From Octopus sinensis (Eukaryota), in assembly GCF_006345805.1 (NCBI RefSeq), contig NC_043003.1, forward strand, positions 54,002,001-54,066,000: a stretch of DNA of 64,000 nucleotides, read 5' to 3'. This document shows positions 11,990 through 24,121 of the stretch, piece by piece (the first letter of the stretch is position 1; every line of letters starts with the position of its first letter). The notes under the pieces are model-generated. The model was not told the DNA's origin. It ran no database searches and was given only the letters and a program-made list of their open reading frames with translations. The position numbers and the translations under genes were made by a program.

Positions 11990-14600
11990 TTGCTGCTGTT
12001 ATAATTAATGTCAAAGAAGCTCACAAAATCCCTAGCAGCAGCAAATCATGCATTGCTACTCCGAGCACCATAAAAGCAATAATGGTAGCGATAATTAGGA
12101 TACTAAAAATAACAGCAGCTGTAAAAAGACAGCCACAAAATATTTCTTTTGCCGAGAGCGCAAGACCTTTTAATTTCATCTCACTAAACAATAAGTATGA
12201 AGATTTCAAAGAAGCTGAGAAACACACTAACAAGCTAGAACAGGGAAAGGTTATGCTCAATATCCATCAACCTTTTTGACCAAGTAGAAAAGGAAGCACT
12301 TCTGTATAGATGCTTATCAATGAAATACACAAATTAGAGTATATACATCTTCAGCCAAGTTGAACTCTGTTTAAGGAGCATATAGCAAAACATCAATTGT
12401 ATGGGACATGCCCATAAGTTCAGAGACATTTGAGTTATTTTTCATTCGGATTCCTTACAGAGAAGCACTTCAGTGTCCCACAAAGAATATTAGTTTTCCC
12501 ACTGATACCTGAGAAAGAGAGTAAACTGAATAAAGATCTTGAACATATCACCAGAAATAGACATCTGGTGAATGAGGAAATATGTTGCTTGGAAGACTGT
12601 GGTACGCTACTAGAAATGTAACAAAAAATTCCGAAAATAAAATTGGATTGAGATCTTGAGATCTTGATTAGAGATCGTGATCCAGGTGAAGCCTGTGGCT
12701 CTAATAGAGATCCCAGGAGGGCTGTAACTGCAGGCGGTAGTTGAAGGTAGAATGGCTCGATGCTACGACTGTGGAAGCACTTATCAATTCAAAGCTTTGT
12801 GCTCCTGAATACAATAGCTGAAAGAAGGTCTCCACTGCTGCCAACATCACGATGCCACCACCAACAATAGCAACATTAGCACAAATAACAACAGCATTTA
12901 CAACAGTTGCAAGTAGCCGCAGCAACAGTGATAGGAGGAAGTTTCTATAGCGACAACAGTAGAGACAACAGCAACAAAGCAACAGCAGCAAAAAAAAAAA
13001 AAAACATCCTTAAGAGCCATTTCATCAACAGCAACAACAGCAGCTGAAAATCCCAAACGGCAATAACACATCAAAAAGACAATGATCAACCCATAAAACA
13101 TGCCACTCCCTTCTTGGGACCACTCTGACATGTCGTGTAACGAAGGGAAAGATGAGGACCCTAAATGACAAAAAGTTGCTGATATAAAGAAAAAGAACAA
13201 AAACATACCAACACAATGAACTGGCAGATACGAACAAATGGTGGTTGTGGTGTTGGGGATATGCTTTCGACCCCACCACCACCACTACAACAGCAGCTAC
13301 AACATTATTATCAACATCATCATCTTCCCATCACCTATCACAGACAGCATCATTGGAAGCACAATCACAACTGAAATCACGCCAACAGTCAGATCACACA
13401 ATTCCCAACAAGAAAAGAAAAAAGAAAGCAAAAACAAAAGAATTAACTACACTCAGCCATAAACACACGCAATAAAAATTCTAATGGGTTAGAAACTCCA
13501 GCATGCCAGCATCATATACAATAGCTACATCACATTATCTAATAGCAATCCAGCATAAATAAAAGTTATCCAGATGTCATAACACATACATCTTAAAAAA
13601 TAAATACCTCAGAGAAGGAGACCAGGAGAAACAGAAACAAAGACAATAAGGGGGGAAAAACTGTTAGTGGATAGAGCCATAGCCAACCGGAGGGACGGAA
13701 TACCTATCTCTCCACAAGATTAAGGTAAGTAGTCCTTTCTCACCTTCCATCTTCCGACTATTTTATTTCTTAAGAATAGGCTGTATAAATTCAGATGGTC
13801 TGGGTTACCATGGAAGCAGTGTCACTTGCTCAACGACATCAGGTCACATGATATGAATGTTGTGGCCACCAGCGGAGCCAGAATCTACGAGTCACTTGCT
13901 TTCATGCCCATTTTCAGTGGATCCAAGATGTACACATCTTCAAATCAACAGGGACCGGGAGGGAGAGTAGGTGTCATGTTTCGGATCTTACGATACAGAC
14001 TCCATGGACGCAGAAAACGATTTGGTGGTCATGGATGGAAACAGTAGCTAAAAGGATGCCTTTAGACTAGTAGCTGTTTATGCTCCGATAGGGATGGGTC
14101 AGCTTGATTTCTTCAGGCGTCTGGAGGTTTTCTTGCGAAAGCCCCCATCATGGATGCATGCTAGGATTGAATGGAGCTAACTGATAAGAGATGGGGGCAG
14201 AAGCCGTGCAAACCTGCTCAGACGTTTCCAGTAGTTTCAATCGGATTTAACTAATGTTTCATTGTGGATGTAGGCAAACTGCATCGGGACATCCAGATTG
14301 TAGTTTGTCTGCATCTTAAAACCATCGGCAACACAAACTACAAATTTATGACCTGTATAATCAGTTTGTATGGAATTCATTGGCAGAAACCCATTTTCTG
14401 GAATCTTAACGTGTCAGGCTCGGTCCGCTAGATTTACAGACACTGGATTAGTGAATTAGCAAAGCGGACGATGATGGAGCAAACGTCAGCAACAGATAGT
14501 GAGTAGCACTGTAAAGATGATTAGAGTAATATCGATAAGGTTTAATAAGGTTGAAGTGATAGAAGCTCTTAGAAGAAGGGAGCGTTGCGGACATAGTCGC
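11990..14600 (+). mobile_element. Decayed Tx1/L1-group LINE: ORF1 with zinc knuckle and ORF2 AP endonuclease
   Basis: ORF1 remnant IEIPGGL*LQAVVEGRMARCYDCGSTYQFKALCS (CCHC knuckle with H->Q, 12761-12805). ORF2 remnants LRIGCINSDG..HLLNDIRSHDMNVVAT, AFRLVAVYAPIGMGQLDFFRRLEVFL and YKFMTC..QKPIFWNLNVS. Confidence 0.8.
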
Positions 14601-15139
14601 AGCTAGATTGGTAGTCGTCTCTCACTCCATTTCAGTTCACTTTTTTCCCGAACACTGAAAGCATACAAGGAATGTGTTTAGATTCTTGTAACTCTATCAC
14701 AACTAGTTTTTCTAATATTCAAAGTTCATTTCAGTCCATCTGATTCAAGACGTGCTTTGAATAAAGTATATTTTGTTTAATTAATGAAGAGTCGGCAAAA
14801 AAACACAAACATCTAAGCTAAGCAATTCACTACGACGATGTACTACTTTAATATACATATATAATATTGCTACACTCAAGCGTGTGCACATACGCACGCA
14901 TGCACACATACACAAGTACTATACACAGCCTCATACACATATACACACATACACGGAACACACATCACTCTACGCAACGCATACACTAGGTTGCTTATAC
15001 ACATACACGCTCTCATATGCACACACAGGCTCACATAATTTTAAGCTCGCCAACACATATATTTACACGCATTCGCTCCATTCACACAGTCACTCACACA
15101 CACCTTTCTTACATACACATACGCGCTCGCGCACCCCAG

Positions 15140-15390
15140 TTCAGCGGGGTCACCGTTATTATCTCACCCTCTTTCGATCATTCATTATGTTAAACCATAA
15201 ATCTCTACACATTTTTTCTCTCTTCATTTTTACTTTCTCACCTTTTTTCCCTCTCATGCCTTTCTGTTAAAGAGCATAGGCTCGAAACGTCAAAGACTTT
15301 TCCATTCTTCCCGGGTGTCAAACTAATACACCTGTTTGTTGTTCCCTCACCTGTCTTCGCCTTTTGTTTTCTGTAAATTTGAACTATACA
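15140..15390 (+). mobile_element. PLE pseudo-LTR fragment (same family as 38205-38400)
   Basis: Aligns with the reverse complement of 38205-38400 and contains a hammerhead-like motif. Confidence 0.7.
15260..15295 (+). ncRNA. Degenerate minimal hammerhead motif
   Basis: CUUU-CUGUUAA-A-GAGC(AUAG)GCUC-GAAA-CG-UC/AAAG. Stems are intact; the core differs from CUGANGA at positions 6 and 8. Confidence 0.6.
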
Positions 15391-15795
15391 AGTAATATTC
15401 GTAGCCACTTTAACATGGCTGTCCGTTCGAGTGGACTCTACTGCGATTTTTTAACCCCAAGAGGACATCTCCTCTAACTGGTTAACGATGCACAGCTGCA
15501 TCAGATAAACATTTTGAGCAGTGGGGCGAATCTCTACTGTCTCCTACAGATGGGACTAGTAGACCAGTCCTGGTTTCGGGCTGTTCTGCCACTCCTCATT
15601 ACTGGACACCTCGTTTGTTAGAGATGATAGAACCTCGCTTCTGCACGTAATATTTTGCAACAAACAGCTATGCCAGTTCTATAATCGCTCTAAGAGATCA
15701 ACGCAGTAGGGGTTAAAAAACCGCAGTAGAGTCCGCTCGGACAGCCATGTTAAAGTGGCTACGAATATTACTTGTCAGGCGTTGATCTCTTAGAG
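15388..15795. mobile_element. Inverted-repeat unit with interleaved inverted repeats, probably PLE-derived
   Basis: 15388-15458 is the reverse complement of 15709-15775, and 15688-15704 is the exact reverse complement of 15779-15795. A degenerate hammerhead lies on the minus strand at 15564-15605. Confidence 0.7.
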
Positions 15796-17176
15796 ATATT
15801 TTTGAACTATATATAGATATACACACACATTCGTATATTTGTCAGTAGTGTGCATATACGAGTGTATTTTTTCTAGACTTATGGATTAATAGACGTCTTA
15901 CACAAACACACACACACGTATATAGATACATGACTAATATTCCCGGTATTAAGACAAAGCCGGGCATATTTCGAATTCATTAGATCTCCAGCAAAGCATA
16001 AATTAAACCGAGTGATTAACACACTAGATACATAATATTGTACAATAAATGAGCGTAAAAATTAACATATTAATAAGATAAATCACTTAGGTTCATTACT
16101 AAGAGATGCTATCCGCATAAAAAGAAATAATAGTTAATTAGTGTTAATATATTTCATGCTATGAACATCAACAACTTAATTACAGAAAAAAAAACAACAA
16201 ATAAAATTGTGATGAGGGAAGCAATGTTAGTTGAATGACAAGTATTATTTAATAATTTCAGAAAGAATAGGAGACAATTCTGGGCATGTTTAGTACTTAA
16301 TCTTCTTCAATGAAGCATAATACTTATCGAAGTAGTGACGAGAGAATCACGAAGTAGATGTACAAAATTGCATATCAGTAGGCGTGAAATTTTAGCATAT
16401 TAAAAATTATAAATCACTGAGGTTAATTACTTAAAAGGGTTCATTAAAATGTTAAAACAAAATAAAAGAAAATTAAACGAAATAAAAAGAACAGCAATTA
16501 AATCTCTAAATACAGGAGTTTTCAGTTAGTGATTTTCTGAAAATATCGCCAAGAAACAAAAGTCTTTAAAATGCAATGGCCTTATGAACATTTAAAAAGT
16601 ACAAAAAAAAAAAAAAATTAAAATAATATAATTTTTTGCAATTAGTTTGTGATTCTGGTGATATGCTTAATTATTAATTAACATACTAAAAATATTAATT
16701 TTGTGTTAACATATCTAAAATAGTGAATAGCAAGAATCTAATTAGAAATATATAGGCGGTGAGAAAAAGAGATTAGAGCAATTATTAATGTTATTTTGAT
16801 TATATTTTACCAGCCTGGTATTTAATAGCCCAGAGTTATATAACTGATGCAGCGAATTTGGAATAGTCGTTACAGAATCGAACAGAGTGTCATGCGATTT
16901 CGTTCCCCCTTTTGGCGTTCAAATCATACCAACACTTCCATTCAACCTTTTGGGGTTGATAACTTAAGTACCAGCATGACCCTCAATCTTTTTCCCTATG
17001 CTCTGAAAGAAAGTGACTGCTGTTAGATATGGGGGAGGAGGAATTCAGTTTGGATCTTATAGCAAAGATAGAATGTAACTAAAAACAAAGACTGGATAGA
17101 AATGCAATGCATTTGATCATAGGTCTACTCTGTCAGAAGTACCTTTATCGGCATTGAACTATCACAGATGTTCTGA

Positions 17177-17820
17177 GACCCCCTTTGGTCACGACACAGA
17201 TCATGGGATTGCACCTAGAAAGTTACCCTCCCAGGCACAAGTCCGGGCAAGTTTGTTTATGGAAGACCAGCAGTCGCCCATGCATACTGGCCTCGCCCTC
17301 CACGCCACCAGTGGCAAGGGAGTGGCAAAGACCAATAGAGCTTGGCACCTGTGACGTCGCAACGCATTTCTACAGCTGATTGAACAAAACCCGTCAAAAG
17401 GCGCAGGAACTCTTGAGAGTCAACGGCTATCCAATAAATGTTTTAAGGATGTATCATGCGCGGAGACATAGAAATAATTGGACTGAATACCCGATCGCGC
17501 GGTTAAACCATTGGGAGTGAAAGACTCCTAGCCTTCTAGGAGAAGGTAACTCAGGTAACTGGGATAACTCCAACATAAAACCTGCGGCTCAGTGGTTAGC
17601 GATGATGTTGACTTGTTCTTCTTTTCGGATTATGGCTGCTGTTGCTTAGTGAGTGGGATTGACTCAGTGCACAGCCTTTCCTCACTTAAAAAAAATATTC
17701 TTGCAACGTGAAATAAAGTGTCTTGCTCAAGAACACAACACGCAGCACGGTCCGGGATTCGAGCTCACAACCTCACGATCGTAAGCTCGACGTTCTAATC
17801 ATTGAGCCATGCGCCTTCAC
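17177..17820 (-). mobile_element. SINE family B (tRNA head, CORE-like gttcttgagcaagacacttt segment), interrupted by an insertion
   Basis: Minus head gtgaaggcgcatggctcaatgattag...gagctcgaatcccgg. Colinear with 18202-18460 except for the insert at 17386-17703. Confidence 0.8.
17386..17703 (+). repeat. Internal fragment of the 20361-20900 repeat inserted into a SINE
   Basis: Roughly 90% match by eye to 20507-20825. Confidence 0.85.
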
Positions 17821-18201
17821 AGATAGTAACCCTTTGATTAAAAGACTGACCATTTTCAACTCTAAGGACACAACGGGGATTTTGTTCACGAATGCACGAA
17901 TGCATCTAAAAAACAACAACAAACAAAAAACAAAAACAATACAAAAAATGTACTGTCTCCCACTTTCGGTGACAGTACGTTTGTAGGCAATATATCAATC
18001 TTATTCACATTATATCATTTGTCATTTTAAGTTAGTTGGTGACTTATATCTAACGTTCATTCTTAATGTAACAGTTATTAAATGAATCCAGTATACGTTA
18101 AACGACGAGCAGTTGAACTTACATCGACTTTCTATTCATATTGTATCCATATTTATGTCTCTCGCCTCGGCCTCAGCTATGTATATATTAAAGAGTAATA
18201 A

Positions 18202-18460
18202 CTCCCTTCGGTCATGAATGACCAAGGGATTGCACCTAGAAAGTTCCCTTCTGTGGCACAAACCCGGGCAAGGTTGTTTATGGAAGACCAGCGGTCACCT
18301 CGACACGCTACTGATGTTACCCAAAGGAAAAGCAAAGGCTGACACAACTTGGCACCAGTGACGTCGCAACTCATTTCTACAGATGAGTGACACTAGAGCA
18401 ACGTGAAATAAAGAGTGTTGCTCAAGAACAACACACAGCTTGGTTCAGGAATCGAACCTC
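18202..18460 (-). mobile_element. SINE family B
   Basis: gggattgcacctagaaagtt...ggcaccagtgacgtcgcaactcatttctacag...gcaacgtgaaataaag...gctcaagaacaac. Confidence 0.8.
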
Positions 18461-19292
18461 ATTTCGTCACGTTCGAACAGCCAACAAACTTTTCAGTCAA
18501 CCCTCGTATACCACGACAACGACATTCACGAGGAAGTGAAGGTGACTTAATGGAAATAGCCGCGAAATTCCTTCATAATCTTGACTGAAAGCGAAAAAGA
18601 CACATTTGATACATAGAGCAGAGAGGCTATAATAATCATGGCTGCTTTCCTGCAATTTCTCTTGAATTATTGCTTTGAATTACATTTTCCTTTCAAATTT
18701 AGTCTGAAACTATTAAGTTCCTACATCTATCGGTGTTTCTACGCTATCCAAGTCTCATCCTCTAAACGAACTTGCTAATGTTACTTAACCGAATCTCAAC
18801 TCTTATTGATCAGAACAATCATCAAAAGCCGCTCCAACCGTGATAATATTGTCTTTTTGTATATCGTACTTTACATTATCCAATATGTTCTCCTTAGTCT
18901 TTGAAGGTAATCGAGGTGAGATTAGACGTATATAAGGCTGTGATTGTTAACAGGCAAAGCAACTACGTAGAGGCTTTTGTTGGTTATTTCTCGAGGATTT
19001 GGTTATTAGCGACGTTTGACGTTTAAGGTTTAATTTGTCAGCAAGAACTAAAGGAATAACGTATAATTGGTGATGATGATTGGGTTGGGTTGCAAAACCG
19101 TCGCTATTAATGTCAGTTTTCTTCCACCAGTCAGGAAATTGTTTGGCCGTGATGCCTGGTTTTACTTTGTTGCTAGGCTGAATTATATGCGCGTTAATTT
19201 TTGCGATTGCATTTTGGCAATATAACGTCGTTTCACTAATTTCTAAGAATTTGAAGGAATTACATGCAAGAAAATTAAACTAACAACAATTG

Positions 19293-19350
<58 letters not shown>

Positions 19351-19426
19351 ACACAAACAAACACACTCACGCACACGCACGCACAATGTGTGCGTAAATA
19401 TATACAGTTGTATGTGTGTACGTATA

Positions 19427-19464
<38 letters not shown>

Positions 19465-19467
<3 letters not shown>

Positions 19468-19915
19468 TTTTATTCTTTTATTCTTTTATTTGTTACAATC
19501 ATTTGACTACCGCCATGCCAGAGCACTGCCTTAAACGGTGTTAGTCGAAGAAATCGACCCCAGGACTTTTATTTTAAGCCTAGTACTTATTCTATTCTCT
19601 TTTGCCGAGCCGCTTGATTACGGGACATGAACGCACCAGCATCGGTTGTCAACCGATGGCTCACACACACAAACACACACACACACACACACATACACAC
19701 ACACACATAGACACAGACACAGACACAGACACACACACATATATATATATATATACGACGGGCTTCTTCCAGTTTCCTTCTACAAACTCTACTCACAAGG
19801 TTTTGGTCAGCCCGAAGCTATAGTAGAAGATGCTTGCCCTAGGTGCCGTGCAGGGAGACTGAACCCTGACACATGTGGTTGAGAAGTAAGCTTCTTACCA
19901 CAGCCACACCTGCGC
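19465..19915 (-). mobile_element. SINE family A (older copy)
   Basis: Reverse complement aligns to family A along its length. Confidence 0.85.
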
Positions 19916-19916
19916 A

Positions 19917-20006
<90 letters not shown>

Positions 20007-20322
20007 CCTATGCATTATACATGTATATATATACATATGCATTATCTTCTATCGTTTACGCGTTTCATTCATAGGGCTGTGACTATGCTGGGGTACCGAC
20101 CTCAGTTGTTACCTTTGTGCTTGATACTTATGATATCGGGTCTTTTTCTCGAACCTCTAAGTTACGGGATGTAAACAAACCAACAGTAGTCAAGCGGTGG
20201 TGGGAGAGTGAAATGCAAGCACAAACAACAGACACAGAGGCACACATTCACACATACATACACACAAGCAGGTAGATAGATAGGAAAGGGGAAAATATAG
20301 CGGAAGAGTGATAAATACACAG

Positions 20323-20353
<31 letters not shown>

Positions 20354-20360
20354 TGTATCA

Positions 20361-20900
20361 TTATGTCAGGTCACTTTCGAGTGCTACTGGTAACATGTAG
20401 CCCAGTACAACCTGTTGCATGGTCGGATCCTCGACGACTAAACCGGCAACCCCACCAAGCTTGATTGGTAAGGAGGGTGTTTATTGGACATCCTGCGGGA
20501 TGAAAAACAAAACCTGTCAAAGGGCGGAGGAACTCTTGAGAGTCAACGGCCATCCAATAAATGTCTTAAGGCTGTATCATGCGCGGGGACATAGAAATAA
20601 TCGGACAGATTACCCGATCGCGCGGTTAAACCATTGGGAGTGAAGGACTCCTAGCCTTTGTTAGGGCATCCTTCTAACTGGGATAACTCCGACATAAAAC
20701 CTGCGGTTCAGCGCTTACCGATGATGTTGACTTGTTCTTCTTTTCGGATTATGGCTGCTGTTGCTTAGTGAGTGAGATTGACTCAGTGCACAGCCTTTCC
20801 TCACTTTTAAAAAATCTTCTTGCACAAGCATTGCACGCACGATAACATTGATTCAGCTTCGTGCAAAGGCCATACTCGATAACGAGGGGGCGGCCACCAT
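20361..20900 (+). mobile_element. Interspersed repeat, probably the 5' UTR/ORF start of an RTE-type LINE
   Basis: Second partial copy at 17386-17703. Motifs such as ctaggagaaggtaactc...aaacctgcggctc recall RTE 5' UTRs. Family and orientation are inferred, not demonstrated. Confidence 0.45.
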
Positions 20901-20906
20901 ATATGA

Positions 20907-20945
<39 letters not shown>

Positions 20946-21070
20946 TATGTATATTATTGAAGCTTGGGAGGGGCGTTATGCCGGTAATAATAAACACACA
21001 CACACACTGGTTCAGTCCTATATTGTTATTGTGTTATTGTTCACTATTGTTCGTGTTGTTTTTTGTTTTG

Positions 21071-21116
21071 GTCAAATAATTATTTCATCGCATTTTTGCA
21101 ATCTTTTCAGTGACAC
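21071..21116 (-). ncRNA. Degenerate hammerhead motif in a PLE-type terminal repeat
   Basis: GUGUCA-CUGAAAA-G-AUUGCA(AAAA)UGCGAU-GAAA-UAAU-UA/UUUGAC. G8->A; flanks resemble 23595-23723. Confidence 0.5.
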
Positions 21117-21555
21117 GTCTCTCTACTTCCATTTCTTTTGAATGTTCCAGGGTTGGGATTTGTCCGAGGTTTATCCCATATAAGTATGTGAATGTGTATG
21201 TCTGTATGTGTGTGTTTATACGTAAGTGTGTGCATCTGTATGCATGTGTGTTTATATACTGACGTGTTGTTTGTCACATACATAAGATAGCGGTTTTGGC
21301 TTTCTTTCTGTTTTCTGCACAAGCACACAGGTTCATACATTTAACGTTTCTCTCAAAGACAGTTAAACCATCTTCTTTGTTTGATAAATGTTGAATGAAT
21401 TGATGTCTATCTGTGTGTGAGTATGAGCATGTGTATGTGTACGTGTGTATCTGTGTGTGTATAGGAGGACATGTGTGTACGAGCGTGTATGTCTGTGTTT
21501 GCGCGTCCGTTTTTGCGTGAGCATGTGCCTGTGTCACAGTGTGTCTTTATGTGTG

Positions 21556-21598
<43 letters not shown>

Positions 21599-22061
21599 TC
21601 GTGTGTATGTGTGTGCATTCATATCTGTGACTACATGTATGTTTGTGCATACGTGTGTACTTCTGTATGCATATTTCCGTGTGTGTGCGTATGCGTATGT
21701 GTGTGTATTCCTGTGGGTGTGAGGGCATATCTCTGTCCTTGTTTGTCTTTGCCTCTGTGTGTGTGTGTGTATGTGTGGTGTATGTCCGTTCGTGTGTGTA
21801 TGTATGTGTGTATGCGTCCATAGGTCTTTGTATGGTATTTGCCTGTTGGGAGTATTTACTATTCAAAACCGGTCACGTTTCGTTTATGAAGACTGACTCG
21901 TATCTGTCGTAGCGATGCATCGCCCGGGTGTCTAGACGGGATTTCTATGCTAATCCGGTTCAACACAGCACAACGCCATATTTTTCTTTGGCATGCTGGT
22001 AGAGTATCGAGGCTTGTCATTGATCCATGTACTAAAACGAACAAAAACAAAAAGAACATCA

Positions 22062-22225
22062 GTAAGGTCATGCGCTGTTTATTTTGATATGAAATCACAA
22101 TGTCGCGTACATACGGTTGTGATGCATGTGCCTGGTGTACCATTATCAGGCGGGTAATCATGATGGGTATATTGGGTTTCCTAAATTTGTACTCCAATAT
22201 GATAGCATGCCCTACTCTCTCACTC
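22062..22225 (+). mobile_element. 5'-truncated copy of the (AAT)n-tailed repeat
   Basis: Matches 22675-22820 (aaggtcatgcgct...ctctctcactc) and ends in (AAT)n. Confidence 0.75.
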
Positions 22226-22284
22226 AATAACAATAATAATAATAATAATAATAATATAATAATAATAATAATAATAATAATAAA

Positions 22285-22820
22285 TGCCTTGATGCAGTAC
22301 CAGTATGTGGCTCTCATGGCTTCCCATCTTAACTGATTGGAAGTATTATCTTGTACATTGTTTTGCCTTGGTATAAAAGATGGGCTACAGCAAATATTCT
22401 GCTCAGTATCACAAATTTGCTTGTCAGTTGCTTGACCATAACCATTTGAACATGTCCCTTAGTGGCTGACGATATGTGAATCTCTGATCACAAGCAGAAG
22501 TTGCAGAGGAGCATCATATCCATGTTTTGAGAGGAATTCTTTGGGGTTTGAATAATTCACCTTTGGAAATATGGGGTGTTTTGTTCATCAGCCTTAAACA
22601 ACCTTTATCCAGGGACCTTTTGAATGGGATGGGCAACTCAACCCGAAGAAAAATTCTAACTGAGTTCCACCTGCAAGGTCATGCGCTATTTATCTCGATG
22701 AGATCACCATGTTGCATGTGCCTGGTGTACCCTTATCAGACGGGTAGTCATGATGGGTATACTGGGTTTCGTATATTTTACCCCAGTGTCACTTTGATGG
22801 TACGCACTGCTCTCTCACTC
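22285..22820 (+). mobile_element. (AAT)n-flanked repeat, possibly the 3' UTR or a non-autonomous derivative of an R4/Dong LINE
   Basis: Flanked on both sides by (AAT)n and ends ctctctcactc(aat)n. Dong-group elements are known to target TAA repeats; the family link is inference. Confidence 0.55.
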
Positions 22821-23259
22821 AATAATAATAATACTAACGATGATTTACAAATAATAACACTCGTAATAATAAAACATCTAAAAACAAATATAAGGACAGC
22901 AATGGCCATATCAGTACAGATTAAATGAACGCGATCTCCATCAAAATCCCTCGGACACTGATCTTGTATTCGGATAATAATTCTATGATTGAATACGTTG
23001 CATATTTATTTCGTCCTTAAAATAACAGAAGAAGACCAGAACGTCATAATGTCCCCATTTCCCATGTCAAAATAAACAATTCTCCTCTTTAGCTACTCTA
23101 CCTTATTGCATTATAACTGAGATATTTTCTTCCCTTTCTGTTTTAGCTAAATTTCCATCATGCCGTATTCTGAAACGAGGAGAAAATAACAACAAAAACA
23201 GCTACAAAAACAAAGTCACCGACAAAACGTTAAACAAATCACACATGCGCACACACATA

Positions 23260-23295
<36 letters not shown>

Positions 23296-23594
23296 TACAC
23301 ACACAAATACACACGCACACAAATCCACTCGCACATACATACTCAGACGTATACATACACACACATACGTACACACACAAAAAACGTTCCATATTGCTAA
23401 TGCATAGTGAAGCGATTACCTAAGGCAATTGATGTATGTTCAACTTAACCCCTCTCTTCTCTGTCTCTCTATTTCTCTACATATTTCTTTCCGAGACACA
23501 CATACACACACACGCGAACGCATGTATATATATACGCACACACACATAAATGAATATATATATATTGTATTTCGGGAGGGTAATTTTTTTTTCT

Positions 23595-23901
23595 AAATAA
23601 ACACACGCACCATATATTTTTTCTTCACTCGTTTATTACTGTTCTTATTTTATCATTCTAACTCAATTCCATTGTCCAGAAATCCTTCCTCACACATCTA
23701 TGACCTCTTCAGTGACACTTTTCATTCTTGTGTGTGTGCTCTTGCTTCACTGAGGAACAACGCACAGGAAAGCGAAAAGTGTTGCTGAAGAGGTCACAGA
23801 TGTGTGACGAAAGATTTCTGGACAATGGACATGAGTTAGAATAATAAAATAAGAACAGTAATAAACGAGTGAAGAAAAATATATGGTGAGTGTGTTTATT
23901 T
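23595..23901. repeat. Foldback: ~128-bp inverted arms with 50-bp spacer, each arm carrying a hammerhead motif
   Basis: 23595-23723 versus the reverse complement of 23774-23901, about 90% identical by eye. Confidence 0.9.
23780..23824 (+). ncRNA. Minimal type-I hammerhead motif, intact core
   Basis: CUGAAGA-G-GUCACA(GAUG)UGUGAC-GAAA-GAUU-UC/UGGACA. Stem II is 6 bp; stem I is weak in this copy and better in the mirror copy at 23673-23718. Confidence 0.65.
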
Positions 23902-23989
23902 GGCTAAAAATGACCATATCCTGAAATGCACTACCGGTTTCAACACACGATTTCACATCAGGAATCTTGCAACACAATTGATTACCGTG

Positions 23990-24080
23990 TATGTGAGTAG
24001 AATTGGTAGACAGAAACTGAAAGAAGCCTATCGGACACACGCACACACACACATTTATATATATAAATATATATATATTA

Positions 24081-24121
<41 letters not shown>

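Noticed and set aside
20430-20480. Twister-ribozyme-like words (UAA..GC..CCAAGC..GAGGG)
   Set aside because: P2 and P4 helices cannot be formed in the required register.
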